This document shows positions 9,436-18,347 of a DNA stretch of 64,000 nt, piece after piece. The stretch is from Fidelibacterota bacterium (GTDB lineage Bacteria; Fidelibacterota; Marinisomatia; Marinisomatales; UBA1611): assembly GCA_018658715.1 (NCBI GenBank), contig JABHUQ010000074.1, positions 12,807-76,806 of the forward strand. The letters run 5' to 3'. Under the pieces are notes generated by a model. It ran no database searches. It saw only the letters and a list, made by a program, of their open reading frames with translations, and had not been told where the DNA came from. The translations under genes were made by a program, and so were the position numbers. Numbering within the stretch: position 1 is the stretch's first letter; each line of letters begins with the position of its first letter.

Positions 9436-11001
9436 ATGAGACGTATCCACATACTCATTTTATCCATACTTTTTATGGTATTAAATGCCCAAAGTAGCCC
9501 ATCTGTTCAGGGGGCCGTTGGCGCCGTTACGATTGATGGGAAAATTTGGAACCAAATTGCTCTCCGTCCAGTGGTTCCAATTGGAAAAGTCGCCGTAGCA
9601 TTAGATATTGTTTTATACATAGACCAGGATGGAAATATCCATAAAGATGAGTGGGATTTTTCAAATGGGACGGCCACAAAAAATACTCTCATTGATAAAA
9701 TATATTATATCCGTTATGGCCAAAAATGGGAACCATTGTATTTAAAAGTAGGTGCTTTAGATGGTGTCTCAATGGGATACGGTATATTAGCAAATGGATA
9801 TTCCAACTCAATTCAATATCCGCAAGTAAGAAAAGTTGGGATGGAAATGGGTGTGAAACGCAATGGCTTTTCCTTTTACGGGTTCACAAATGATTTTAAA
9901 GAGAATTTAGGTGTAGCAGGCTTTCGTGTTGTGACTCCTCCATTTATGGGCATTCCAACGGCCTTCTCCATTATTTCTGACAGAAATCAATATTTGGGAT
10001 TAAAAGACAGTGATGAAGATGGTCGCCCAGATTTGGTGGATGATTTCCCGAATGATATTACATATTGGCTTGATACTGATGGAGATAATATTGCAGATAG
10101 AGATCCTTCGGAATGGGATATTGATGGTGATGGCATTACGGATACACTTGATTCAAATATTCCTGGTTGGACCTTAGACACTACTATTGTTTTAGATGAT
10201 TCCATATCACGTAAACCTGAACCATTAAATATATTTGTTGATGAAAAGCCTGTATCTGCTGTTGCTCTCGATTTTGGGTATCCTTTGGTTAAAGAAAAGC
10301 ATTTATCTGTTTCTGTCTATGCTCAAATTGCTAAAATGATTGGTGAAACAGTGTCTCCAGAAAATGAAGAAAAAGTGGATTTGGGAACAGGCATTGTCCC
10401 GTTAGGTGTTTCTGCGAAATTTGGGCCTGCAACGTTTAATTTAGAATACCACATTATGCCAGAAGGACGGTTCGAATTTGGATATTGGAATAGATCCTAT
10501 GAAATTGATAGGGCAACTTTTTCATCTAACTCTGAGGGGCAAGGAGTTTCATCTATGAATATAGTGACCAAATCTAGCAAGTTAGGGTATTATGGAAAGC
10601 AAAAAGGCCCTTTCTCTAGACTAAATTTAAATTTGGGTTCTTATCTTGGAACGGGTATATCGTATCAAAATTTATTTGGTAAACAATGGAATTTTGAAAC
10701 TCAACAATTTGAAGAAAATACAAATCAAAGTTTTTTGGCCTTTTTAAGACTTAGAAAATCGATAAGTAAAATCAAGACTGCAGAATGGTATTACCAGCAA
10801 AGAAATGTACCCAATCCATTTGATTTTGAATTAACCGAAAATACTATTCTTGGATATCGCTTGGGATTAGAACTTGGGAATGGTATGATATTGGTCTATA
10901 ATTTTCGAAGATCTTTTAGAGATTTAGATGGAGATGGAAAAGTCGATGGACCGGACGAAGTTGTTAATATTACTACAATTGAAACGAGTTTTTCTTTTTA
11001 A
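9436..11001 (+). CDS. Predicted outer-membrane protein with Asp-rich (thrombospondin-type-3-like) calcium-binding repeats
   Basis: It has a signal peptide MRRIHILILSILFMVLNAQ and the repeats DSDEDGRPDLVDDFPND, DTDGDNIADRD, DIDGDGITDTLD and DLDGDGKVDGPDE. It ends ...TIETSFSF, with a terminal Phe as in OMP beta-signals. Confidence 0.6.
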   Translation: MRRIHILILSILFMVLNAQSSPSVQGAVGAVTIDGKIWNQIALRPVVPIGKVAVALDIVLYIDQDGNIHKDEWDFSNGTATKNTLIDKIYYIRYGQKWEPLYLKVGALDGVSMGYGILANGYSNSIQYPQVRKVGMEMGVKRNGFSFYGFTNDFKENLGVAGFRVVTPPFMGIPTAFSIISDRNQYLGLKDSDEDGRPDLVDDFPNDITYWLDTDGDNIADRDPSEWDIDGDGITDTLDSNIPGWTLDTTIVLDDSISRKPEPLNIFVDEKPVSAVALDFGYPLVKEKHLSVSVYAQIAKMIGETVSPENEEKVDLGTGIVPLGVSAKFGPATFNLEYHIMPEGRFEFGYWNRSYEIDRATFSSNSEGQGVSSMNIVTKSSKLGYYGKQKGPFSRLNLNLGSYLGTGISYQNLFGKQWNFETQQFEENTNQSFLAFLRLRKSISKIKTAEWYYQQRNVPNPFDFELTENTILGYRLGLELGNGMILVYNFRRSFRDLDGDGKVDGPDEVVNITTIETSFSF

Positions 11002-11010
11002 GTTCCTATT

Positions 11011-13599
11011 ATGAAAGCTTCTGAAATACGACAATCATTTATTTCCTTTTTTGAAGAGAAAAACCATCAATTAGTCCGTAGTTCTTCTGTGGTTCCTGTT
11101 GACGACCCTACTCTATTATTCACAAATGCTGGAATGAATCAGTTTAAACCTATTTTGTTGGGGGAGAAAGAAGCAAATCCATCAAGAGCTGTTAACAGTC
11201 AAAAATGTATCAGAGTTAGCGGAAAACATAATGACTTGGAAGAAGTGGGAATCGATGGATTTCACCATACATTTTTCGAAATGTTAGGCAATTGGTCCTT
11301 TGGAGATTATTATAAAAAAGATGCGATTCGCTGGGCTTGGGAATATTTCACCGAAGTATTGAAGCTGGATAAGAACCGCTTATTTGTTTCTGTATATATA
11401 GATGATGATGAAGCGCTTGATTTGTGGGTTAATTTAACGGATATAGATCCTAATCGTGTTTTGAAGTTTGGCAAGAAGGACAACTTTTGGGAAATGGGTG
11501 AAACGGGCCCCTGTGGACCGTGTTCAGAAATTCATTATTACATGGGAGAAGATATAAGCAATATCGATCCAGCTGGTGTTAATACTACTGATGAATATTG
11601 GGAATTGTGGAATCTTGTTTTTATCCAATATAACAGGCAAACAGATGGATCGTTAGAAGATTTGCCAGCAAAACATGTGGATACTGGTGCAGGATTAGAG
11701 AGAATTGTTTCTGTTATGCAAGGCAAAAGCAGTAATTATGATACTGACTTATTTACGCCAATTATTCAATCAATTGAATCAATGACTGGGAAATCATCAG
11801 AAGGAGATAGTGTCCCATTTCAAGTGATTGCTGATCATATACGAATGTTAAGTTTTACTATAGCAGATGGCGCTTTGCCCTCTAATGATGGACGCGGCTA
11901 TGTATTGCGTCGAATCTTGAGAAGAGCTGCCAGATTCGGACGTATTTTAGACCAGCATGATCCATTCTTGTTTCAATTAGTCGAACCTGTTGTGAACATT
12001 ATGGGTGATATATACCCAGAATTAAAAGAAAAACAGGCACATATTGAAAAAATAATTCAATCAGAAGAAATGTCATTTAATAAAACACTTGATCGAGGTA
12101 TTCAGCATTTTGAGAAATATATTGGGAAAATTGAAGGGGATATTATTCCTGGAGCAGAAGCATTTAAATTATATGATACATATGGATTCCCTCTAGATTT
12201 AACCGAACTAATGGCGAGAGAAAATAACCTTTCTGTCGATAATGATGGTTTCGATCAAGAAATGAAAAAACAAAAAGCTAGAGCCAAAGCTGCTGGAAAA
12301 TTCAAAACAAATACAGAATTAGAATGGAATATAGTGTCAGATGGCTTTGATTCAATGTTTGTGGGTTATAGATTGTTGGAAGGAAATTTTTCTATTCGAC
12401 GATGGGCTTCTTCAGGAGACTTGACAATTATTGTTTTGGATTCAACTCCTTTTTATGCCGAATCAGGTGGGCAAGTTGGGGATATTGGTCTTATTTCTGG
12501 TGATGGTTTTTCTGTCCGCGTGAAAGATGTAAAGAAAGATGGTGATACCTTCTTTCATTATTGTGACGGGTTTATTCCTGAATCTGCATTAGATGAACAA
12601 GTGTATTGTAAGGTAGACGATGAAATTCGCCAAGCTATTCGATTGAATCATTCTGCCACTCATTTAATGCACGCTGCTTTAAAAGATATATTAGGCGAAC
12701 ATATTCAGCAAGCAGGATCATTGGTTTGTAGCGATTATTTACGTTTTGATGTAACTCATTTTGAAAAAATCACTACAGATGAATTGTTGAAAATCGAACA
12801 ATATGTAAATGATAAAATACGTAATAACAGTAATGTAGATACAGAAGTTAAAGGATATGATGAAGCTAAAGATAGTGGTGCAACTGCTTTATTTGGTGAA
12901 AAATACGGAGATGAAGTTCGTGTGGTTCAGATGGGGAATTATTCCCATGAATTATGCGGTGGAACTCATGTAAATAGGACAGGAGATATAGGGTTATTTA
13001 AAATTATAGAAGAATCATCCTTAGCATCAGGCGTTCGTAGATTAATGGCATTAACTGGTATATCAGCTTTTGAATTTATGCAAAATCAAAATTCAAAATT
13101 AAATGAAATCCAACTACATCTTAAATGCGCACAAAATGAAATTGTTAGTCGCATTGATAAACTAATTGAAGAAAAAAAATATTTAGAGAAAAAATTAAAA
13201 AAACATTCTGAATCTAATGAAAATGGTATGAATACCTTGTTGGAGTCTATGACGGAAGTAAAAGATTACAATTTACTTGTAACACTAACAGAAGCAGAAA
13301 GTATGGATGAAGCGAAACTTTATGGAGACGCACTTTCTGGCAAAATTAAGTCTGGTATTGCAGTATTATTTTTTAAAGGAGAAAAGAAGCCAGGTGCTGT
13401 TGTTGTAGTTTCATCTGATCTAAATAAGAAATCATTAAAAGCAGGCGATTTAGCCAAAACAATTGGAGGATTTATGGGTGGCGGAGGAGGTGGAAAACCA
13501 TCTTTGGCAACTGCAGGTGGCCGTGATAAAAACTTAGTTAAAGGTGCTATGTCTCAGACGGAGGCATTATTGAAAAAACTTCTAGAGGAAACAAATTAA
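11011..13599 (+). CDS. alaS: Alanine--tRNA ligase
   Basis: The 862-aa product has the N-terminus MKASEIRQSFISFFEEKNH, FTNAGMNQFK, the editing-domain HSATHLMHAAL and CGGTH, and the C-terminal GGGGGGKP DHHA1 motif. Confidence 0.97.
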   Translation: MKASEIRQSFISFFEEKNHQLVRSSSVVPVDDPTLLFTNAGMNQFKPILLGEKEANPSRAVNSQKCIRVSGKHNDLEEVGIDGFHHTFFEMLGNWSFGDYYKKDAIRWAWEYFTEVLKLDKNRLFVSVYIDDDEALDLWVNLTDIDPNRVLKFGKKDNFWEMGETGPCGPCSEIHYYMGEDISNIDPAGVNTTDEYWELWNLVFIQYNRQTDGSLEDLPAKHVDTGAGLERIVSVMQGKSSNYDTDLFTPIIQSIESMTGKSSEGDSVPFQVIADHIRMLSFTIADGALPSNDGRGYVLRRILRRAARFGRILDQHDPFLFQLVEPVVNIMGDIYPELKEKQAHIEKIIQSEEMSFNKTLDRGIQHFEKYIGKIEGDIIPGAEAFKLYDTYGFPLDLTELMARENNLSVDNDGFDQEMKKQKARAKAAGKFKTNTELEWNIVSDGFDSMFVGYRLLEGNFSIRRWASSGDLTIIVLDSTPFYAESGGQVGDIGLISGDGFSVRVKDVKKDGDTFFHYCDGFIPESALDEQVYCKVDDEIRQAIRLNHSATHLMHAALKDILGEHIQQAGSLVCSDYLRFDVTHFEKITTDELLKIEQYVNDKIRNNSNVDTEVKGYDEAKDSGATALFGEKYGDEVRVVQMGNYSHELCGGTHVNRTGDIGLFKIIEESSLASGVRRLMALTGISAFEFMQNQNSKLNEIQLHLKCAQNEIVSRIDKLIEEKKYLEKKLKKHSESNENGMNTLLESMTEVKDYNLLVTLTEAESMDEAKLYGDALSGKIKSGIAVLFFKGEKKPGAVVVVSSDLNKKSLKAGDLAKTIGGFMGGGGGGKPSLATAGGRDKNLVKGAMSQTEALLKKLLEETN

Positions 13600-13601
13600 A
13601 A

Positions 13602-14033
13602 ATGCAATGGGGACAAGACGGAAATAGTTTTATAGTTTATGTGGAAAAGAATGAAAAAATAATGGATTCGATAACACAGTTTTGTGTAAATAAACAGATC
13701 CATAACGGCTTCATTTCTGGTATAGGAGCTATTAAGTCTGTTGAATTAGGCGCTTTCGATATAGATAATAAAACCTATATACGAAAACATATAGATGCCC
13801 ATCTTGAGTTAACCAGTTTTCAAGGAAATATTACACTCAAAGATGGGAAACCATTTATTCATGCACATATAACAGTTGGTGATCATGAAATGAAAATTAT
13901 GGGTGGACATCTATTTGAAGCAACTGTAGCAGCTGTTGGTGAATTTTCATTGGAACAACGAACATTTGATGCATCAAGAAAACTCAATGAAGATGTTGGA
14001 CTGCCTTGCATCTGTTTATCAGAAACATTTTAG
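13602..14033 (+). CDS. PPC (DUF296) domain protein
   Basis: The 143-aa product has ...LELTSFQGNITLKDGKPFIHAHITVGDHEMKIMGGHLFEATVAAVGEF, which fits the PPC/DUF296 beta-sheet core with a conserved His pair. It starts 2 nt after the alaS stop. Confidence 0.7.
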   Translation: MQWGQDGNSFIVYVEKNEKIMDSITQFCVNKQIHNGFISGIGAIKSVELGAFDIDNKTYIRKHIDAHLELTSFQGNITLKDGKPFIHAHITVGDHEMKIMGGHLFEATVAAVGEFSLEQRTFDASRKLNEDVGLPCICLSETF

Positions 14034-14042
14034 GATGAAAAT

Positions 14043-14432
14043 ATGAGTCGACGAATTATTCATACACCAGATGCACCTGCTGCAATAGGAACCTATAGTC
14101 AAGCTGTATTAACCAAAGGAATTTTATATACATCTGGACAAGTTGGTATTGATCCTCATACAGGGCATATGGTAGAAGGGGGTATTAAAGCAGAAACATT
14201 TCGATCATTACAAAATATAGAAGCCATTTTAAAAGCAGCCGGATTAACAAAAATGAATATAATCAAATTGACAGTTTTTGTGACCGATTTACGTGGTTTC
14301 TCCTATGTGAATGAATCATTTGAAACATTTTTTGGACATATTGATTTTCCCGCAAGATCGACAGTCGAAGTTTCTGCACTGCCATTAGGAGCGAAAGTTG
14401 AAATAGAATGTGTAGCAACAGTAGGTGAATGA
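14043..14432 (+). CDS. ridA: RidA/YjgF family reactive-intermediate (enamine/imine) deaminase
   Basis: APAAIGTYSQAV...YTSGQVGIDPHTG...ETFRSLQNIEAILKAAG...KLTVFVTD...PARSTVEVSALPLGAKVEIE matches the RidA family along its whole length. Confidence 0.9.
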   Translation: MSRRIIHTPDAPAAIGTYSQAVLTKGILYTSGQVGIDPHTGHMVEGGIKAETFRSLQNIEAILKAAGLTKMNIIKLTVFVTDLRGFSYVNESFETFFGHIDFPARSTVEVSALPLGAKVEIECVATVGE

Positions 14433-14845
14433 AATACAGTTTTATTTTAATCTGTAGCATTATTTCCACTACTTCCATGATTAATGCGCAAGATTCATTG
14501 AGAAATGTTTCTCCTAAAAAAGCAGCTTATCGCTCAATAATCCCCGGATATGGGCAACTATACAATCGAAAATTTATTAAGGCGGGAATAGTTATTGCTT
14601 TAGAAGGGTGGGCGTATTCATCTTTTAAAACAAATGCAAATTATTATAATAACTATGAATTAAATCTACCATTATCTAGGACTCGATATTTGCAAAAAAG
14701 AAATAAATACGCATGGTGGATGGGATTTATTTGGTTCTATGGGTTAGTTGACTCTATCGTCGACGCTCATTTATACCCTTTTAAGGATGTAATGAAGTCT
14801 AAAATTGAGACTACAGAGAAAATGCAAGGAGAAAAAAATGATTGA
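14429..14845 (+). CDS. Small exported/membrane protein, DUF5683-like
   Basis: It has an ATGA overlap with ridA and a signal-like N-terminus. IIPGYGQLYNRKFIKAGIV and the C-terminal WWMGFIWFYGLVDSIVDAHL resemble Bacteroidetes DUF5683 proteins (recalled, not searched). Confidence 0.5.
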   Translation: MKYSFILICSIISTTSMINAQDSLRNVSPKKAAYRSIIPGYGQLYNRKFIKAGIVIALEGWAYSSFKTNANYYNNYELNLPLSRTRYLQKRNKYAWWMGFIWFYGLVDSIVDAHLYPFKDVMKSKIETTEKMQGEKND

Positions 14846-16286
14846 ACAAAGAGAACATTGGGGCTCAAAAGCAGGGTTTATATTAGCTGCTGCTGGATCT
14901 GCCATTGGTTTGGGTAATATTTGGAAATTTCCTTATATCGCTGGTGAAAATGGTGGAGCTGCTTTCATTTTTATTTATTTAATATGCATTGCGCTTATTG
15001 GACTTCCTGTTTTAATTGCTGAAATCCTTTTAGGTAGATCGACTCAGAGAAATCCTGTTGGTGCTTTCAAAAAATTATCGGGGAAACCATTTTGGGTTAC
15101 TGTAGGCAGTATGGGTGTATTAGCTGGTTTTATTATTTTATCATTCTATACTGTAATTGCTGGATGGTCTATTGGATACATTATTGAGGCACTGAGGGGT
15201 TCCTTCTCGCAATTTTCAGATCCAAGTATTGCTTCTACTTATTTTGATGAGCGGGTGAGTGACGTGAATTGGATAGTGGGGTATCATACACTTTTTTCAA
15301 TATTAACAATGGGTGTTGTTTATGCGGGGGTGAATAAAGGGATTGAAAAAGGGAGTAAAATCATGATGCCAGTTCTCTTTTTCTTATTAGTTATTCTCGT
15401 TATACGTGGAGTTACCTTACCTGGGGCAGAGAAAGGACTTACGTTTCTATGGTCGCCAGATTGGTCTAAAATATCAGGACAATCCGTTCTGGTTGCATTG
15501 GGACATGCATTTTTCACGATCAGTCTTGGAATGGGTGCAATGATGACTTACGGTTCATATTTATCTAAAAAAGATCATATACCAAGTGCAGCTATTCAAA
15601 TTGTGTTTTTAGACACACTTATCGCTTTGTTAGCTGGTATTGCTATATTTACAGCTGTATTTGCAATGGGGCAAGACCCTGCAAGTGGTCCTGGGCTTAT
15701 TTTTGTAACATTACCCGTTGTATTTGCAAAAATGCCTGGTGGAGTTGTGTGGGCTATCTCATTCTTTTTGCTACTAACTCTTGCAGCACTAACATCAGCT
15801 ATTTCTTTGCTCGAAGTTGTTGTGGCATATTTTGTTGATGAAAGAAAATGGAAACGTCATAAAGCAGTTATGGTATTTGGATTGATTACGTTTATAATTG
15901 GTGTTCCAAGTGCACTATCGTTTAATATTATGTCTGATGTTCATTTCTTTGGAAAAACTTGGTTTGATAATGCGGATTATTTGGCATCAAATATCCTATT
16001 ACCAGGAGGCGGACTATTCATTTCAATTTTTGTTGGATGGGTATGGGGTTTTGATAAAGTCCTTATAGAGCTGAAAGAAGGATCAGAATCTTTATTTGTT
16101 AAATATCCATTAGTTATTAAAGGATGGAAAATATTCCTAAAGTATCTTTCTCCAGTTATGATATTAATTGTATTTCTTCATTCCGTAGGATTGCTAGAAA
16201 GTGCTATGCTTCAATTTAGGACAAATTGGGTAAATATATCCTTAACCTTGACAGCGATTTATTTACTTTTAAAAGGGAGTAAATAG
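14838..16286 (+). CDS. Sodium-dependent transporter of the neurotransmitter:sodium symporter (NSS/SNF) family
   Basis: REHWGSKAGFILAAAGSAIGLGNIWKFPY is the NSS TM1 signature, and about 11-12 helices follow. I prefer the ATG at 14838, which has AAGGAG 6 nt upstream, over the track start at 14805. Confidence 0.9.
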   Translation: MIEQREHWGSKAGFILAAAGSAIGLGNIWKFPYIAGENGGAAFIFIYLICIALIGLPVLIAEILLGRSTQRNPVGAFKKLSGKPFWVTVGSMGVLAGFIILSFYTVIAGWSIGYIIEALRGSFSQFSDPSIASTYFDERVSDVNWIVGYHTLFSILTMGVVYAGVNKGIEKGSKIMMPVLFFLLVILVIRGVTLPGAEKGLTFLWSPDWSKISGQSVLVALGHAFFTISLGMGAMMTYGSYLSKKDHIPSAAIQIVFLDTLIALLAGIAIFTAVFAMGQDPASGPGLIFVTLPVVFAKMPGGVVWAISFFLLLTLAALTSAISLLEVVVAYFVDERKWKRHKAVMVFGLITFIIGVPSALSFNIMSDVHFFGKTWFDNADYLASNILLPGGGLFISIFVGWVWGFDKVLIELKEGSESLFVKYPLVIKGWKIFLKYLSPVMILIVFLHSVGLLESAMLQFRTNWVNISLTLTAIYLLLKGSK

Positions 16287-16291
16287 GAGTT

Positions 16292-17113
16292 ATGATTATT
16301 GCAAGAATTTTTCCTTATACAGGACAATCATATAAAAAATATTCAGAATGTTCCGCAAAATATGATAATTGTATTGAATCAAAAAAACCTCTTCAATTAT
16401 TTGGATTATGGAGTATTATTGTTTCAGGAATGAGCTATGGGTCCGCTTTTAGTGACAGATATTCTTATTGGGGATATTCGGGTTGGTTAAATGAATCTGT
16501 AACATTTCTCGCTATAACACTAATTTATTTTCTAGTTCTACGGCCAAAAAAGATAGTTGATATTTCTATAGCACCTTTTGATGCAGCTAGTGGAGTTAAG
16601 TTCGTGGTAATGACTATTATTATGTTTGTTATAGGAGCAATGGTTTCTTCAAGCGAAACACTTAATATGGCTATTTTTATAGGGGTAATTCCATATATTT
16701 TATCTATACTAGGAGGTGCACTGATTTTCAGGACTCCAATTAAGTTGGATAAAGAAAAAGGTAGCTGGATAGTAAAAGATTGGAATAATAATAAATCCAT
16801 ATTACTCCAATCTTTTATACTCATGCTTGGAGGAATGTTAAGTGGGTTTTATCTAGATGATCCAATGATTAGTACTGTATCAATGATTGCGCTTCCTTTT
16901 CCCTTGATAGCATATTTCTATCCTCCCCATATTCGTCATATTCAGAGAGCTCGGTTTTTTCCACAATTTATTTTGCTCATGTTTTTAGCAGTAAGAGTAC
17001 CATGGATATTAATTCCTTTAGCGATCCTATTCTTTTCATTACGCACGTTTTATTATTTTCGATATGGTATCATATATCCATCATTTGGTGTTGATCATGA
17101 AGAATATGCCTAA
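16292..17113 (+). CDS. Polytopic membrane protein of unknown function
   Basis: The 273-aa ORF has at least 6 hydrophobic segments and no motif I recognise. Its 3' end overlaps the next gene by 17 nt. Confidence 0.55.
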   Translation: MIIARIFPYTGQSYKKYSECSAKYDNCIESKKPLQLFGLWSIIVSGMSYGSAFSDRYSYWGYSGWLNESVTFLAITLIYFLVLRPKKIVDISIAPFDAASGVKFVVMTIIMFVIGAMVSSSETLNMAIFIGVIPYILSILGGALIFRTPIKLDKEKGSWIVKDWNNNKSILLQSFILMLGGMLSGFYLDDPMISTVSMIALPFPLIAYFYPPHIRHIQRARFFPQFILLMFLAVRVPWILIPLAILFFSLRTFYYFRYGIIYPSFGVDHEEYA

Positions 17114-18335
17114 TCCTACTTATGATATTATTATAGTCGGTGCCGGTCCTGCTGGAACCTCTGCGGCATTATTTGCAAAACGAAATGGTTTGAAGCCTTT
17201 ACTACTTGAAAAGTCTGTTTTTCCGAGAGATAAGATTTGTGGTGATGCCTTATCAGGTAAGTCAGTTCGGTTACTACGTGAATTAAATTTATTAGAAAAA
17301 ACACGAGGATTACCGGGCGCTCATATTAAGAGAATAACCTTTAGTGGGCCAAAGTATCAGCAATTTGATCTGTACTTAAAAGGTGATTCAGAGGGAAAAA
17401 ATGATGAAGGGTTCTCAATTCGTAGGGAAATCTTTGATGAAATGATGTTTCGATCAGTCCAGGATGCTGATATTGATACACTAGAAGGATTTAATGTAAA
17501 AAGTGTCAATCAAGAGAATGGATTTGTGACAGGAGTAACTGGAATTCAAAAAGAATCGAATGAAGAGTTTACTTTTTCATCGAAAATACTACTTGGTGCT
17601 GATGGCTATAACTCAATCGTCTCTAAAGAATTAGATTTATACGATATGGATATGGAGCATACTTCCGTTGGAATTCGCTGTTATTATGAAAATGTCAAAG
17701 ACTTAACAGATCAAATCGAATTGCATTATGTTCCAGAATTAAATCCTGGGTATTTATGGATTTTTCCTTCTGATGGGAATCGTGCAAATATTGGAGTAGG
17801 ATTATCTAAAGATGATGCGAAACAGAAAAAAATTAATCTTGTAAATGTCATGGAAGGTATTCTTTCAAAACCACCTTTTGCGGAAAGATTTTCTGAAGCG
17901 AAGCCACTTGAAAAAGCAAAGGGGTGGAATTTGCCATTAGGAAGCATTCATCGTAAGAATTATGGAAATGGGTTTATGCTACTTGGTGATGCTGCTGGAA
18001 TTATTGATCCATTTACAGGAGAAGGGATTGGGAATGCTCTTGTTTCGGGTAAAATTGCAGCAGAAATAGCCAAACAAGCTCTCAGTGTGGATGATAACTC
18101 ATCAAACATATTAAAAGCCTATGATACTCGATTATGGAAAGAACTTGGATCTGAATTAAAAGTTAGTACCAAACTCCAAAATTTGGCAAAATCTAAGTTT
18201 TTATTAAATTTTGTTATTGGTCGTGCATCTCGAAATCAAGATATACGGGAAATTATTTCTGGGATGTTATCAAATGAAATACCCAAAGAAAAATTAAATA
18301 ATCCCTTTTTCTATTTAAAAATACTTTTTTACTAG
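17097..18335 (+). CDS. Geranylgeranyl reductase family FAD-dependent oxidoreductase
   Basis: It has YDIIIVGAGPAGTSAA (dinucleotide fold), KICGDAL and LLGDAAGIIDPFTGEGIG. The start is taken at MKNMPNPTYD rather than the track's upstream extension. Confidence 0.8.
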   Translation: MKNMPNPTYDIIIVGAGPAGTSAALFAKRNGLKPLLLEKSVFPRDKICGDALSGKSVRLLRELNLLEKTRGLPGAHIKRITFSGPKYQQFDLYLKGDSEGKNDEGFSIRREIFDEMMFRSVQDADIDTLEGFNVKSVNQENGFVTGVTGIQKESNEEFTFSSKILLGADGYNSIVSKELDLYDMDMEHTSVGIRCYYENVKDLTDQIELHYVPELNPGYLWIFPSDGNRANIGVGLSKDDAKQKKINLVNVMEGILSKPPFAERFSEAKPLEKAKGWNLPLGSIHRKNYGNGFMLLGDAAGIIDPFTGEGIGNALVSGKIAAEIAKQALSVDDNSSNILKAYDTRLWKELGSELKVSTKLQNLAKSKFLLNFVIGRASRNQDIREIISGMLSNEIPKEKLNNPFFYLKILFY

Positions 18336-18347
18336 GATCTTATAAAG

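Noticed and set aside
14805-14837. Upstream N-terminal extensions in the ORF track (starts at 14805, 17064, 26461, 41422, 44505, 50648, 51429, 55517, 57957).
   Set aside because: The extensions overlap the preceding gene, or a terminator hairpin in the case of 44505, and add non-conserved residues before the recognisable family N-terminus. Internal ATGs give canonical N-termini and typical 4-26-nt overlaps, and one (14838) has a visible AAGGAG.
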